A stretch of DNA of 64,000 nt from Haliotis rufescens (taxonomy: Eukaryota): assembly GCF_023055435.1 (NCBI RefSeq), contig NW_025964346.1, positions 2,108,001-2,172,000 on the forward strand, given 5' to 3'. Positions 26,231-40,900 of this stretch are shown here, in pieces (within the stretch, counting starts at the first letter, position 1; each line of letters starts with the position of its first letter). The notes below the pieces were generated by a model. It was not told the DNA's origin and searched no databases. It saw only the letters and a list, made by a program, of their open reading frames with translations. Both the position numbers and the translations under genes were made by a program.

Positions 26231-26842
26231 CAGTGTATGTAATGTAAAACAACAGTCTGCTTTCAAAAGCTGTTAAATTCAATCCAGCATGATCAATTTA
26301 TTCCCAGTAGGATTTTGACTTATTGATTTTACTCCTGGTGCCTGTGCTGAGGGCATTGAACAGACATCACCCAGGACACTGCACCAACGTCACCCCCAAT
26401 CTAGAAGGGGGGGTGGGGGGGGGAGGGTGAAGGCACGAGGGTCCACCCCTGAGTTAAACTTGTCAAACTAATCATAGAGAGGGATTGTTTTAGAGGCTTC
26501 CATCATGTTTTATGATCTGTGTGACAACTATATCGATGATGAGATATGTACAAAGTGGACCGTCATCATATGATTAAGATGGAGCATGACTGTCGCCGGA
26601 GGGCAGCCCTCACTCTGCCGCGCTGCTCGTACATCAATCAGCTGTAATTGCTGCGGCAGATAACCAACAAAAATAACACATACCACTGTTTTTGTCTTAT
26701 TGTTTCAAACCTAAATTGCATTTTTAAGCAATTAGCTTTGAGAGGATTTCATCAAAGTAAAGTGAAGGCATAGTGCACTGGCAAAACAACTTGAAAGAAG
26801 ACCCCAGGCTGAAGGGGATGGGCCCATCTAACTGCAGTCAGT

Positions 26843-29800
26843 GCTCAGTTAGGATGGAGTTACGTAATGTTTGGATGTGATGTAACTAACTGTTGGTAGG
26901 CGACAGAGAGGGCTCAGTTAGGATAGAGTTACGTAATGTTTGGATGTGATGTAAGTAACTGTTGGCTGGGGACAGATAGGGCTCAGTTACGATAGAGTTA
27001 CGTAATGTTTGGATGTGATGTAAGTAACTGTTGGTAGGGGACAGAGAGGGCTCAGTTACGATAGAGTTACGTAATGTTTGGATGTGATGTAACTAACTGT
27101 TGGCTGGGGACAGATAGGGCTCAGTTAGGATGGCGTTACGTAATGTTTGGATGTGATGTAACTAACTGTTGGCTGGGGACAGATAGGGCTCAGTTAGGAT
27201 GGCGTTACGTAATGTTTGGATGTAATGTAACTAACTGTTGGCTGGGGACAGATAGGGCTCAGTTAGGATGGCGTTACGTAATGTTTGGATGTAATGTAAC
27301 TAACTGTTGGCTGGGGACAGAGAGGGCTCAGTTACGATAGAGTTACGTAATGTTTGGATGTAATGTAACTAACTGTTGGCTGGGGACAGATAGGGCTCAG
27401 TTAGGATGGCGTTACGTAATGTTTGGATGTAATGTAACTAACTGTTGGCTGGGGACAGATAGGGCTCAGTTAGGATGGCGTTACGTAATGTTTGGATGTG
27501 ATGTAACTAACTGTTGGCTGGGGACAGATAGGGCTCAGTTAGGATGGCGTTACGTAATGTTTGGATGTAATGTAACTAACTGTTGGCTTGGGACAGATAG
27601 GGCTCAGTTAGGATAGAGTTACGTAATGTTTGGATGTGATGTAACTAACTGTTGGCTGGGGACAGATAGGGCTCAGTTAGGATGGCGTTACGTAATGTTT
27701 GGATGTGATGTAACTAACTGTTGGCTGGGGACAGATAGGGCTCAGTTAGGATGGCGTTACGTAATGTTTGGATGTAATGTAACTAACTGTTGGCTGGGGA
27801 CAGATAGGGCTCAGTTAGGATGGCGTTACGTAATGTTTGGATGTAATGTAACTAACTGTTGGCTGGGGACAGAGAGGGCTCAGTTAGGATGGCGTTACGT
27901 AATGTTTGGATGTGATGTAACTAACTGTTGGCTGGGGACAGATAGGGCTCAGTTAGGATGGCGTTACGTAATGTTTGGATGTGATGTAACTAACTGTTGG
28001 CTGGGGACAGTTAGGGCTCAGTTAGGATGGCGTTACGTAATGTTTGGATTTAATGTAACTAACTGTTGGCTGGGGACAGATAGGGCTCAGTTAGGATGGC
28101 GTTACGTAATGTTTGGATGTAATGTAACTAACTGTTGGCTGGGGACAGAGAGGGCTCAGTTACGATAGAGTTACGTAATGTTTGGATGTAATGTAACTAA
28201 CTGTTGGCTGGGGACAGAGAGGGCTCAGTTAGGATGGCGTTACGTAATGTTTGGATGTAATGTAACTAACTGTTGGCTGGGGACAGAGAGGGCTCAGTTA
28301 GGATAGAGTTACGTAATGTTTCGATGTGATGTAACTAACTGTTGGCTGGGGACAGATAGGGCTCAGTTAGGATGGCGTTACGTAATGTTTGGATGTAATG
28401 TAACTAACTGTTGGCTGGGGACAGAGAGGGCTCAGTTAGGATAGAGTTACGTAATGTTTGGATGTAATGTAACTAACTGTTGGCTGGGGACAGATAGGGC
28501 TCAGTTAGGATAGAGTTACGTAATGTTTGGATGTAATGTAACTAACTGTTGGCTGGGGACAGAGAGGGCTCAGTTACGATAGAGTTACGTAATGTTTGGA
28601 TGTGATGTAACTAACTGTTGGCTGGGGACAGATAGGGCTCAGTTAGGATGGCGTTACGTAATGTTTGCATGTGATGTAAGTAACTGTTGGTAGGGGACAG
28701 ATAGGGCTCAGTTAGGATGGAGTTACGTAATGTTTGGATGTAATGTAACTAACTGTTGGCTTGGGACAGATAGGGCTCAGTTAGGATGGCGTTACGTAAT
28801 GTTTGGATGTGATGTAAGTAACTGTTGGTAGGGGACAGAGAGGGCTGAGTTACGATGGAGTTACGTAATGTTTGGATGTAATGTAACTAACTGTTGGCTT
28901 GGGACAGATAGGGCTCAGTCAGGATGGCGTTACGTAATGTTTGGATGTAATGTAACTAACTGTTGGCTGGGGACAGAGAGGGCTCAGTTAGGATAGAGTT
29001 ACGTAATGTTTGGATGTGATGTAACTAACTGTTGGCTGGGGACAGAGAGGGCTCAGTTAGGATGGCGTTACGTAATGTTTGGATGTAATGTAACTAACTG
29101 TTGGCTGGGGACAGATAGGGCTCAGTTAGATAGAGTTACGTAATGTTTGGATGTGATGTAACTAACTGTTGGCTGGGGACAGATAGGGCTCAGTTAGGAT
29201 AGAGTTACGTAATGTTTGGATGTAATGTAACTAACTGTTGGCTGGGGACAGATAGGGCTCAGTTAGGATAGAGTTACGTAATGTTTGGATGTCATGTAAC
29301 TAACTGTTGGCTGGGGACAGAGAGGGCTCAGTTACGATAGAGTTACGTAATGTTTGGATGTGATGTAACTAACTGTTGGCTGGGGACAGATAGGGCTCAG
29401 TTAGGATGGCGTTACGTAATGTTTGCATGTGATGTAACTAACTGTTGGCTTGGGACAGATAGGGCTCAGTTAGGATGGAGTTACGTAATGTTTGGATGTA
29501 ATGTAACTAACTGTTGGCTGGGGACAGATAGGGCTCAGTTAGGATGGCGTTACGTAATGTTTGCATGTGATGTAACTAACTGTTGGCTTGGGACAGATAG
29601 GGCTCAGTTAGGATGGCGTTACGTAATGTTTGGATGTGATGTAACTAACTGTTGGCTGGGGACAGATAGGGCTCAGTTAGGATGGCGTTACGTAATGTTT
29701 GCATGTGATGTAACTAACTGTTGGCTGGGGACAGATAGGGCTCAGTTAGGATGGAGTTACGTAATGTTTGGATGTGATGTAACTAACTGTTGGCTGGGGA

Positions 29801-32034
29801 CAGATAGGGCTCAGTTAGGATGGCGTTACGTAATGTTTGCATGTGATGTAACTAACTGTTGGCTTGGGACAGATAGGGCTCAGTCAGGATGGCGTTACGT
29901 AATGTTTGGATGTAATGTAACTAACTGTTGGCTGGGGACAGAGAGGGCTCAGTTAGGATAGAGTTACGTAATGTTTGGATGTGATGTAACTAACTGTTGG
30001 CTGGGGACAGAGAGGGCTCAGTTAGGATGGCGTTACGTAATGTTTGGATGTAATGTAACTAACTGTTGGCTGGGGACAGATAGGGCTCAGTTAGATAGAG
30101 TTACGTAATGTTTGGATGTAATGTAACTAACTGTTGGCTGGGGACAGATAGGGCTCAGTTAGGATAGAGTTACGTAATGTTTGGATGTAATGTAACTAAC
30201 TGTTGGCTGGGGACAGATAGGGCTCAGTTAGGATAGAGTTACGTAATGTTTGGATGTCATGTAACTAACTGTTGGCTGGGGACAGAGAGGGCTCAGTTAC
30301 GATAGAGTTACGTAATGTTTGGATGTGATGTAACTAACTGTTGGCTGGGGACAGATAGGGCTCAGTTAGGATGGCGTTACGTAATGTTTGCATGTGATGT
30401 AACTAACTGTTGGCTTGGGACAGATAGGGCTCAGTTAGGATGGAGTTACGTAATGTTTGGATGTAATGTAACTAACTGTTGGCTGGGGACAGATAGGGCT
30501 CAGTTAGGATGGCGTTACGTAATGTTTGCATGTGATGTAACTAACTGTTGGCTTGGGACAGATAGGGCTCAGTTAGGATGGCGTTACGTAATGTTTGGAT
30601 GTGATGTAACTAACTGTTGGCTGGGGACAGATAGGGCTCAGTTAGGATGGCGTTACGTAATGTTTGCATGTGATGTAACTAACTGTTGGCTTGGGACAGA
30701 TAGGGCTCAGTTAGGATGGAGTTACGTAATGTTTGGATGTGATGTAACTAACTGTTGGCTGGGGACAGATAGGGCTCAGTTAGGATGGCGTTACGTAATG
30801 TTTGCATGTGATGTAACTAACTGTTGGCTTGGGACAGATAGGGCTCAGTTAGGATGGCGTTACGTAATGTTTGGATGTAATGTAACTAACTGTTGGCTGG
30901 GGACAGAGAGGGCTCAGTTAGGATGGCGTTACGTAATGTTTGGATGTAATGTAACTAACTGTTGGCTGGGGACAGAGAGGGCTCAGTTAGGATGGCGTTA
31001 CGTAATGTTTGGATGTAATGTAACTAACTGTTGGCTTGGGACAGATAGGGCTCAGTTAGGATGGAGTTACGTAATGTTTGGATGTGATGTAAGTAACTGT
31101 TGGTAGGGGACAGAGAGGGCTGAGTTACGATGGAGTTACGTAATGTTTGGATGTGATGTAAGTAACTGCTGGTAGGGGACAGAGAGGGCTCAGTTACGAT
31201 AGAGTTACGTAATGTTTGGATGTAATGTAACTAACTGTTGGCTGGGGACAGATAGGGCTCAGTTAGATAGAGTTACGTAATGTTTGGATGTAATGTAACT
31301 AACTGTTGGCTGGGGACAGATAGGGCTCAGTTAGGATAGAGTTACGTAATGTTTGGATGTAATGTAACTAACTGTTGGCTTGGGACAGATAGGGCTCAGT
31401 TAGGATAGAGTTACGTAATGTTTGGATGTAATGTAACTAACTGTTGGCTGGGGACAGATAGGGTTCAGTTACGATAGAGTTACGTAATGTTTGGATGTAA
31501 TGTAACTAACTGTTGGCTGGGGACAGATGTAATGTTTGGATGTAATGTAACTAACTGTTGGCTGGGGACAGAGAGGGCTCAGTTAGGATAGAGTTACGTA
31601 ATGTTTGGATGTGATGTAACTAACTGTTGGCTGGGGACAGAGAGGGCTCAGTTAGGATGGCGTTACGTAATGTTTGGATGTAATGTAACTAACTGTTGGC
31701 TGGGGACAGAGAGGGCTCAGTTAGGATGGCGTTACGTAATGTTTGGATTTAATGTAACTAACTGTTGGCTGGGGACAGAGAGGGCTCAGTTAGGATAGAG
31801 TTACGTAATGTTTGGATGTGATGTAACTAACTGTTGGCTTGGGACAGATAGGGCTCAGTTAGGATGGAGTTACGTAATGTTTGGATGTAATGTAACTAAC
31901 TGTTGGCTTGGGACAGATAGGGCTCAGTTAGGATAGAGTTACGTAATGTTTGGATGTAATGTAACTAACTGTTGGCTGGGGACAGATAGGGCTCAGTTAG
32001 GATGGAGTTACGTAATGTTTGGATGTGATGTAAT
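26843..32034. repeat. 69-bp minisatellite, ~75 copies; unit contains a CTAAC branch-like motif, AG acceptor and first ~48 nt of the next exon; 965-bp higher-order duplication
   Basis: Unit CTAACTGTTGGCTGGGGACAG|ATAGGGCTCAGTTAGGATGGCGTTACGTAATGTTTGGATGTGATGTAA; matching blocks at 29350/30315. Confidence 0.95.
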
Positions 32035-32065
32035 TATGTACGTTGTTATTCATGAGAAGATCCAG
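31986..32065 (+). CDS. Gene B exon (phase 1-0): DRAQLGWSYVMFGCDVIMYVVIHEKIQ, wedged between two arrays
   Basis: Acceptor in the last 69-bp unit, donor cag|gttagt; phases match neighbouring exons on both sides. Confidence 0.55.
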
Positions 32066-35000
32066 GTTAGTGTGAGAAGATGGGATGTTATGGTGGTGTT
32101 AGTGTCAGGTTAGTGTGAGAAAATGGGATGTTATGGTGGTGTTAGTTTGGGGAGATGGAGTGTTATGGTGTTGTTAGTGTCAGGTTAGTGTGAAGAGATG
32201 GTATGTTATGGTCAGGTTAGTGTCAGGAGGAGATGAGGTGTTATGGTGATGTTAGTCAGGTTAGTGTGAGGAGATGGGATGTTATGGTGGTGTTAGTGTC
32301 AGGTTAGTGTCAGAAGGAGATGGCGTGTAATGGTGGTGTTAGTGTCAGGTTAGTGTGAGGAGATGGGATGTTATGGTGGTGTTAGTGTCAGCTTAGTGTC
32401 AGGAGATGGGAAGTTATGGTGGTGTAAGTGTCAGGAGGAGATGGGATGGTATGGTGGTGTTAGTGTCAGGAGGAGATGGGATGTTATGATGGTGTTAGTG
32501 TCAGGTTAGTGTCAGGAGGAGATGGGATGTTATGGTGGTGTTAGTGTCAGGAGGAGATGGGGTGTAATGGTGGTGTTAGTGTCAGGTTAGTGTCAGGAGG
32601 AGATGGGATGTTATGGTGGTGTAAGTGTCAGGTTAGTGTCAGGAGGAGATGGGATGTTATGATGGTGTTAGTGTCAGGAGGAGATGGGATGTTATGGTGA
32701 TGTTAGTGTCAGGTTAGTGTCAGGAGGAGATGGGATGTTATGGTGGTGTTAGTGTCAGGAGGAGATGGGGTGTTCTGATGGTGTTAGTGTCAGGTTAGTG
32801 TCAGGAGGAGATGGGGTGTTATGGTGTTGTTAGTGTCAGGAGGAGATGGGATGTTATGGTGTTGTTAGTGTCAGGAGGAGATGGGATGTTATGGTGGTGT
32901 TAGTGTCAGGTTAGTGTCAGGAGGAGATGGGATGTTATGGTGGTGTAAGTGTCAGGAGGAGATGGGATGTTATGGTGTTGTTAGTGTCAGGTTAGTGTCA
33001 GGAGGAGATGGGGTGTTATGGTGGTGTTAGTGTCAGGTTAGTGTCATGAGGAGATGGGATGTTATGGTGGTGTTAGTGTCAGGTTAGTGTCAGGAGGAGA
33101 TGGGGTGTTATGGTGGTGTAAGTGTCAGGTTAGTGTCAGGAGATGGTAATTTATGGTGGTGTTAGTATCAGGTTAGTGTCAGGAGGAGATGGGATGTTAT
33201 GGTGGTGTTCGTGTCAGGAGGAGATGGGATGTTATGGTGGTGTTAGTGTCAGGTTAGTGTCAGGAGGAGATGGGATGTTATGGTGGTGTTAGTGTCAGGT
33301 TAGTGTCAGGAGGAGATGGGATATTATGATGGTGTTAGTGTCAGGAGGAGATGGGATGTTATAGTGATGTTAGTGTCAGGTTAGTGTCAGGAGGAGATGG
33401 GATGTTATGGTGGTGTTAGTGTCAGGAGGAGATGGGGTGTTATGGTGTTCTTAGTGACAGGTTAGTGTCAGGAGGAGATGGGGTGATATGGTGTTGTTAG
33501 TGTCAGCAGGAGATGGGATGTTATGGTGGTGTTAGTGTCAGGAGGAGATGGGATGTTATGGTGGTGTTAGTGTCAGGTTAGTGTCAGGAGGAGATGGGAT
33601 GTTATGGTGGTGTTAGTGTCAGGAGGAGATGGGGTGTTATGGTGGTTTTAGTGTCAGGTTAGTGTCAGGAGGAGATGGGGTGTTATGGTGGTGTTAGTGT
33701 CAGGTTAGTGTCAGGAGGTAGTGTCAGGAGGAGATGGGATGTTATGGTGTTGTTAGTGTCAGGTTAGTGTCAGGAGGAGATGGGATGTTATGGTGTTGTT
33801 AGTGTCAGGTTAGTGTCAGGAGGAGATGGGATGTTATGGTGTTGTTAGTGTCACGTTAGTGTCTGGAGAAGATGGGATGTTATGTTGGTTTTAGTATCAG
33901 GTTAATGGCAGGAGGAGATGGGATGTTATGGTGGTTTTAGTATCAGGTTAGTGTCCGAAGATGGGATGTTATGATGGTGTTAGTGTCAGGAGGAGATTGG
34001 GTGTTATGGTGTTGTTAGTGACAGGTTAGTGTCAGGAGGAGATGGGGTGTTATGGTGGTGTTAGTGTCAGGAGATGGGATGTTATGGTAGTGTTAGTGTC
34101 AGGTTAGTGTCAGGAGGAGATGGGATGTTATGATGGTGTTAGTGTCAGGTTAGTGTCAGGAGGAGATGGGGTGCTATGGTGGTGTTAGTGTCAGGTTAGT
34201 GTCAGGAGGAGATGGGGTGTTATGGTGGTGTTAGTGTCAGGAGATGGGATGTTATGGTAGTGTTAGTGTCAGGTTAGTGTCAGGAGGAGATGGGATGTTA
34301 TGATGGTGTTAGTGTCAGGAGGAGATGGGATGTTATGGTGGTGTTAGTGTCAGGAGGAGATGGGATGTTATGGTGGTGTTAGTGTCAGGAGAAGATGGGG
34401 TGTTATGGTGTTGTTAGTGTCAGGTTAGTGTCAGGAGGAGATGGGGTGTTATGGTGGTGTTAGTGTCAGGTTAGTGTCAGGAGGAGATGGAGTGTTATGG
34501 TGTTGTTAGTGTCAGGTTAGTGTGAAGAGATGGTATGTTATGGTCAGGTTAGTGTCAGGAGGAGATGAGGTGTTATGGTGATGTTAGTCAGGTTAGTGTG
34601 AGGAGATGGGATGTTATGGTGGTGTTAGTGTCAGGTTAGTGTGAGGAGGAGATGGCGTGTAATGGTGGTGTTAGTGTCAGGTTAGTGTGAGGAGATGGGA
34701 TGTTATGGTGGTGTAAGTGTCAGGAGGAGATGGGATGGTATGGTGGTGTTAGTGTCAGGTTAGTGTCAGGAGGAGATGGGGTGTTATGGTGGTGTTAGTG
34801 TCAGGAGGAGATGGGATGTTATGGTAGTGTTAGTGTCAGGTTAGTGTCAGGAGGAGATGGGATGTTATGATGGTGTTAGTGTCAGGAGGAGATGGGATGT
34901 TATGGTGATGTTAGTGTCAGGTTAGTGTCAGGAGGAGATGGGATGTTATGGTGGTGTTAGTGTGAGGAGGAGATGGGGTGTTATGATGGTGTTAGTGTCA

Positions 35001-37417
35001 GGTTAGTGTCAGGAGGAGATGGGGTGTTATGGTGTTGTTAGTGTCAGGAGGAGATGGGATGTTATGGTGTTGTTAGTGTCAGGAGGAGATGGGATGTTAT
35101 GGTGGTGTTAGTGTCAGGTTAGTGTCATGAGGAGATGGGATGTTATGGTGGTGTTAGTGTCAGGTTAGTGTCAGGAGGAGATGGGGTGTTATGGTGGTGT
35201 AAGTGTCAGGTTAGTGTCAGGAGATGGTAATTTATGGTGGTGTTAGTATCAGGTTAGTGTCAGGAGGAGATGGGATGTTATGGTGGTGTTCGTGTCAGGA
35301 GGAGATGGGATGTTATGGTGGTGTTAGTGTCAGGTTAGTGTCAGGAGATGGGAAGTTATGGTGGTGTAAGTGTCAGGAGGAGATGGTAATTTATGGTGTT
35401 GTTAGTATCAGGTTAGTGTCAGGAGGAGATGGGATGTTATGGTGGTGTTCGTGTCAGGAGGAGATGGGATGTTATGGTGGTGTTAGTGTCAGGTTAGTGT
35501 CAGGAGATGGGAAGTTATGGTGGTGTAAGTGTCAGGAGGAGATGGGATGTTATGGTGGTGTTAGTGTCAGGTTAGTGTCAGGAGGAGATGGGATGTTATG
35601 GTGGTGTTAGTGTCAGGTTAGTGACAGGAGGAGATGGGATGTTATGATGGTGTTAGTGTCAGGAGGAGATGGGATGTTATAGTGATGTTAGTGTCAGGTT
35701 AGTGTCAGGAGGAGATGGGATGTTATGGTGGTGTTAGTGTCAGGAGGAGATGGGGTGTTATGGTGTTCTTAGTGACAGGTTAGTGTCAGGAGGAGATGGG
35801 GTGATATGGTGTTGTTAGTGTCAGCAGGAGATGGGATGTTATGGTGGTGTTAGTGTCAGGAGGAGATGGGATGTTATGGTGGTGTTAGTGTCAGGTTAGT
35901 GTCAGGAGGAGATGGGATGTTATGGTGGTGTTAGTGTCAGGAGGAGATGGGGTGTTATGGTGGTTTTAGTGTCAGGTTAGTGTCAGGAGGAGATGGGGTG
36001 TTATGGTGGTGTTAGTGTCAGGTTAGTGTCAGGAGGTAGTGTCAGGAGGAGATGGGATGTTATGGTGTTGTTAGTGTCAGGTTAGTGTCAGGAGGAGATG
36101 GGATGTTATGGTGTTGTTAGTGTCACGTTAGTGTCTGGAGAAGATGGGATGTTATGTTGGTTTTAGTATCAGGTTAATGGCAGGAGGAGATGGGATGTTA
36201 TGGTGGTTTTAGTATCAGGTTAGTGTCCGAAGATGGGATGTTATGATGGTGTTAGTGTCAGGAGGAGATTGGGTGTTATGGTGTTGTTAGTGACAGGTTA
36301 GTGTCAGGAGGAGATGGGGTGTTATGGTGGTGTTAGTGTCAGGAGATGGGATGTTATGGTAGTGTTAGTGTCAGGTTAGTGTCAGGAGGAGATGGGATGT
36401 TATGATGGTGTTAGTGTCAGGTTAGTGTCAGGAGGAGATGGGGTGCTATGGTGGTGTTAGTGTCAGGTTAGTGTCAGGAGGAGATGGGGTGTTATGGTGG
36501 TGTTAGTGTCAGGAGATGGGATGTTATGGTAGTGTTAGTGTCAGGTTAGTGTCAGGAGGAGATGGGATGTTATGATGGTGTTAGTGTCAGGAGGAGATGG
36601 GATGTTATGGTGGTGTTAGTGTCAGGAGGAGATGGGATGTTATGGTGGTGTTAGTGTCAGGAGAAGATGGGGTGTTATGGTGTTGTTAGTGTCAGGTTAG
36701 TGTCAGGAGGAGATGGGGTGTTATGGTGTTGTTAGTGTCAGGTTAGTGTCAGGAGGAGATGGGGTGTTATGGTGTTGTTAGTGTCAGGAGGAGATGGGAT
36801 GTTATGGTGTTGTTAGTGTCAGGTTAGTGTCAGGAGGAGATGGGGACGTTATGGTGTTGTTAGTGTCAGGTTAGTGTCAGGAGGAGATGGGATGTTATGG
36901 TGGTGTTAGTGTCAGGTTAGTGTCAGGAGGAGATGGGATGTTATGGTGTGCTTAGTGACAGGTTAGTGTCAGGAGGAGATGGGGTGATATGGTGTTGTTA
37001 GTGTCAGCAGGAGATGGGGTGTTATGGTGTTGTTAGTGTCAGGAGGAGATGGGATGTTATGGTGTTGTTAGTGTCAGGTTAGTGTCAGGAGGAGATGGGA
37101 TGTTATGGTGGTGTTAGTGTCAGGTTAGTGTCAGGAGGAGATGGGGCGTATGGTGGTGTTAGTGTCAGGAGGAGATGGGGTGTTATGGTGGTGTTAGTGT
37201 CAGGTTAGTGTCAGGAGGAGATGGGATGTTATGGTGGTGTTAGTGTCAGGAGGAGATGGGGCGTATGGTGGTGTTAGTGTCAGGAGGAGATGGGGTGTTA
37301 TGGTGGTGTTAGTGTCAGGTTAGTGTCAGGAGGAGATGGGGTGTTATGGTGGTGTTAGTGTCAGGAGGAGATGGGGCGTATGGTGGTGTTAGTGTCAGGA
37401 GGAGAGGGGATGTTATG
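32063..37417. repeat. 35/46-bp GT-rich minisatellite (GTTAGTGTCAG)1-2 GAGGAGATGGGATGTTATGGTGGT with a ~2.3-kb internal duplication; begins at a donor site
   Basis: Rare variants recur (e.g. GTCACGTTAGTGTCTGGAGAAG at ~33850 and ~36122). Confidence 0.95.
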
Positions 37418-37717
37418 TAGAAGACCATCCACTTCAGTGTGGAAGACGGTGGTGTATAAGAAATGAAAATCTGTCCATCAGCCATCCTTCTTTATAACTT
37501 GATCAGCATATCATTCATGTTTTCCTTGTGGACATCGACCATGTCAGCCTTTTACCATTCAGAGTTTGCAGTTGATGATAGTTGATGGTTTTTTATGTAT
37601 GAAAACAGCAATATATAAACTACCAGGACAGAGAGTGTTTGAGTGAAACAGGTTATCTTCATCTGGGGCTTTTGGCATTTTCTGGTAAATTGTGATATTT
37701 CACTTTTCTGACATAAG

Positions 37718-37899
37718 GTCAGATACTTCGGGTTTGTTTCCTTGATCCTGAGGTGGTGGGGCTGGAAACGCTTGTGCAACGTTAGGCTGTGTGACTTAAA
37801 CCAAGAGGGTTATACTGACCAATCAGAGACCGGGATCTTCAACAGGCCATGTCTGATGTCTTCTCATGAGTTGTGGAGATATCGTTGTGTTCAGAGGAG
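37718..37899 (+). CDS. Gene B exon (phase 0-2): VRYFGFVSLILRWWGWKRLCNVRLCDLNQEGYTDQSETGIFNRPCLMSSHELWRYRCVQR
   Basis: Acceptor cacttttctgacataag|, donor gag|gtatga, 182 nt open; phases match flanking exons. Confidence 0.65.
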
Positions 37900-37956
37900 G
37901 TATGATGTCTGACTGTGTTACCATGACATCTTACTCTATGGTTTCTGACAAATCTA

Positions 37957-40900
37957 TCCCCATGTCACTACAGCCCTCTCCCCATGTCACTACAGCCCTC
38001 CCCATGTCACTACAGCCCTCTCCCCATGTCACTACAGCCCTCTCCCCATGTCACTACAGCCCCCTCCCCATGTCACTACACCTCTCCCCATGTCACTACA
38101 GCCCTCCCCATGTCACTACAGCCCTCTCCCTATGTCACTACAGCCCTCCCCATGTCACTACAGCCCTCTCCCTATGTCGCTACAGCCCCCTCCCCATGTC
38201 ACTACAGCCCCCCCCCCCCCACCCCCCCCCATGTCACTACAGCCCCCCCCACCCCTCCCCATGTCACTACAGCCCCCCCCCCCACCCCTCCCCATGTCAC
38301 TACAGCCCCCCCCCCCACCCCCCCATGTCACTACAGCCCCCCCCCCACCCACCCCCATGTCACTACAGCCCCCCCCACCCCTCCCCATGTCACTACAGCC
38401 CCCTCCCCATGTCACTACAGCCCTCCCCATGTCACTACAGCCCTCTCCCTATGTCACTACAGCCCTCCCCATGTCACTACAGCCCTCTCCCCATGTCACT
38501 ACAGCCTCTCCCTATGTCACTACAGCCCCCTCCCCATGTCACTACAGCCCTCCCCATGTCACTACAGCCCTCCCCATGTCACTACAGCCCTCTCCCCATG
38601 TCACTACAGCCTCTCCCTATGTCACTACAGCCCTCCCCATATCACTACAGCCCTCTCCCCATGTCACTACAGCCCTCCCCCATGTCACTACAGCCTCTCC
38701 CTATGTCACTACAGCCCTCTCCATGTCACTACAGCCCTCCCCCATGTCACTACAGCCTCTCCCTATGTCACTACAGCCCTCTCCATATCACTACAGCCCT
38801 CTCCCCATGTCACTACAGCCCTCTCCCCATGTCACTACAGCCCTCTCCCTATGTCACTACAGCCTCTCCCTATGTCACTACAGCCCTCCCCATATCACTA
38901 CAGCCCTCTCCCCATGTCACTACAGCCCTCTCCCCATGTCACTACAGCCCTCTCCCCATGTCACTACAGCCTCTCCCTATGTCACTACAGCCCTCCCCAT
39001 GTCACTACAGCCCCCTCCCCATGTCACTACAGCCCCCTCCCCATGTCACTACAGCCCCCTCCCCATGTCACTACAGCCCTCCCCATGTCACTACAGCCCC
39101 CTCCCCATGTCACTACAGCCCTCCCCATGTCACTACAGCCCCCTCCCCATGTCACTACAGCCCCCTCCCCATGTCACTACAGCCCTCCCCATGTCACTAC
39201 AGCCCTCCCCATGTCACTACAGCCCTCCCCATGTCACTACAGCCCCCTCCCCATGTCACTACAGCCCTCCCCATATCACTACAGCCCTCTCCCCATGTCA
39301 CTACAACCCTCCCCATGTCACTACAGCCCTCCCCATGTCACTACAGCCCTCCCCATGTCACTACAGCCTCTCCCTATGTCACTACACCCCCCCCCCCCCC
39401 CCCATGTCACTACAACCCTCCCCATGTCACTACAGCCCCCCCCCATGTCACTACAGCCCCCCCCATGTCACTACAGCCCTCCCCATGTCACTACAGCCCC
39501 CTCCCCATGTCACTACAGCCCCCCCCATGTCACTACAGCCCCCCCCATGTCACTACAACCCTCCCCATGTCACTACAGCCCTCCCCATGTCACTACAGCC
39601 CCCCCCATGTCACTACAACCCTCCCCATGTCACTACAGCCCTCCCCATGTCACTACAGCCCTCCCCATGTCACTACACTCCTCCCCATGTCACTACAGCC
39701 CTCCCCATGTCACTACAGCCCCCCCCATGTCACTACAACCCTCCCCATGTCACTACAGCCCTCCCCATGTCACTACAGCCCTCCCCATGTCACTACAACC
39801 CTCCCCATGTCACTACAGCCCTCCCCATGTCACTACAGCCCTCCCCATGTCACTACAGCCCTCCCCATGTCACTACAGCCCTCCCCATGTCACTACAGCC
39901 CCCTCCCCATGTCACTACAGCCCTCCCCATGTCACTACAGCCCTCCCCATGTCACTACACCCCTCCCCATGTCACTACAGCCCTCTCCCCATGTCACTAC
40001 AGCCCCCTCCCCATGTCACTACAGCCCTCCCCATGTCACTACAGCCCTCTCCCCCCCATGTCACTACAGCCCTCCCCATGTCACTACAGCCCTCCCCATG
40101 TCACTACAGCCCTCTCCCCATGTCACTACAGCCCCCTCCCCATGTCACTACAGCCCTCCCCATGTCACTACAGCCCTCTCCCCATGTCACTACAACCCTC
40201 CCCATGTCACTACAGCCCTCTCCCCATGTCACTACAGCCCCCTCCCCATGTCACTACAGCCCTCCCCATGTCACTACAGCCTCTCCCCATGTCACTACAG
40301 CCTCTCCCTATGTCACTACACCCCCCCCCCCCCCCATGTCACTACAACCCTCCCCATGTCACTACAGCCCCCCCCCATGTCACTACAGCCCTCCCCATGT
40401 CACTACAGCCCTCCCCATGTCACTACAGCCTCTCCCCATGTCACTACAGCCCTCCCCATGTCACTACACCCCTCCCCCATGTCACTACACCCCCCCCCCC
40501 CCCCCCCATGTCACTACAGCCCTCTCCCCATGTCACTACAGCCCTCCCCATGTCACTACAGCCTCTCCCTATGTCACTACAACCCTCCCCATGTCACTAC
40601 AGCCCTCCCCATGTCACTACAGCCTCTCCCTATGTCACTACACCCCCCCCCCCCCCCATGTCACTACAACCCTCCCCATGTCACTACAGCCCCCCCCCAT
40701 GTCACTACAGCCCTCCCCATGTCACTACAGCCCTCCCCATGTCACTACAGCCTCTCCCCATGTCACTACACCCCTCCCCCATGTCACTACACCCCCCCCC
40801 CCCCCCCCCATGTCACTACAGCCCTCTCCCCATGTCACTACAGCCCTCCCCATGTCACTACAGCCTCTCCCTATGTCACTACAGCCCCCTCCCCATGTCA

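Noticed and set aside
37552-37779. Minus ORF with a hydrophobic stretch (signal-anchor-like)
   Set aside because: Weak donor, no compatible downstream exon, overlaps a better-supported plus exon.
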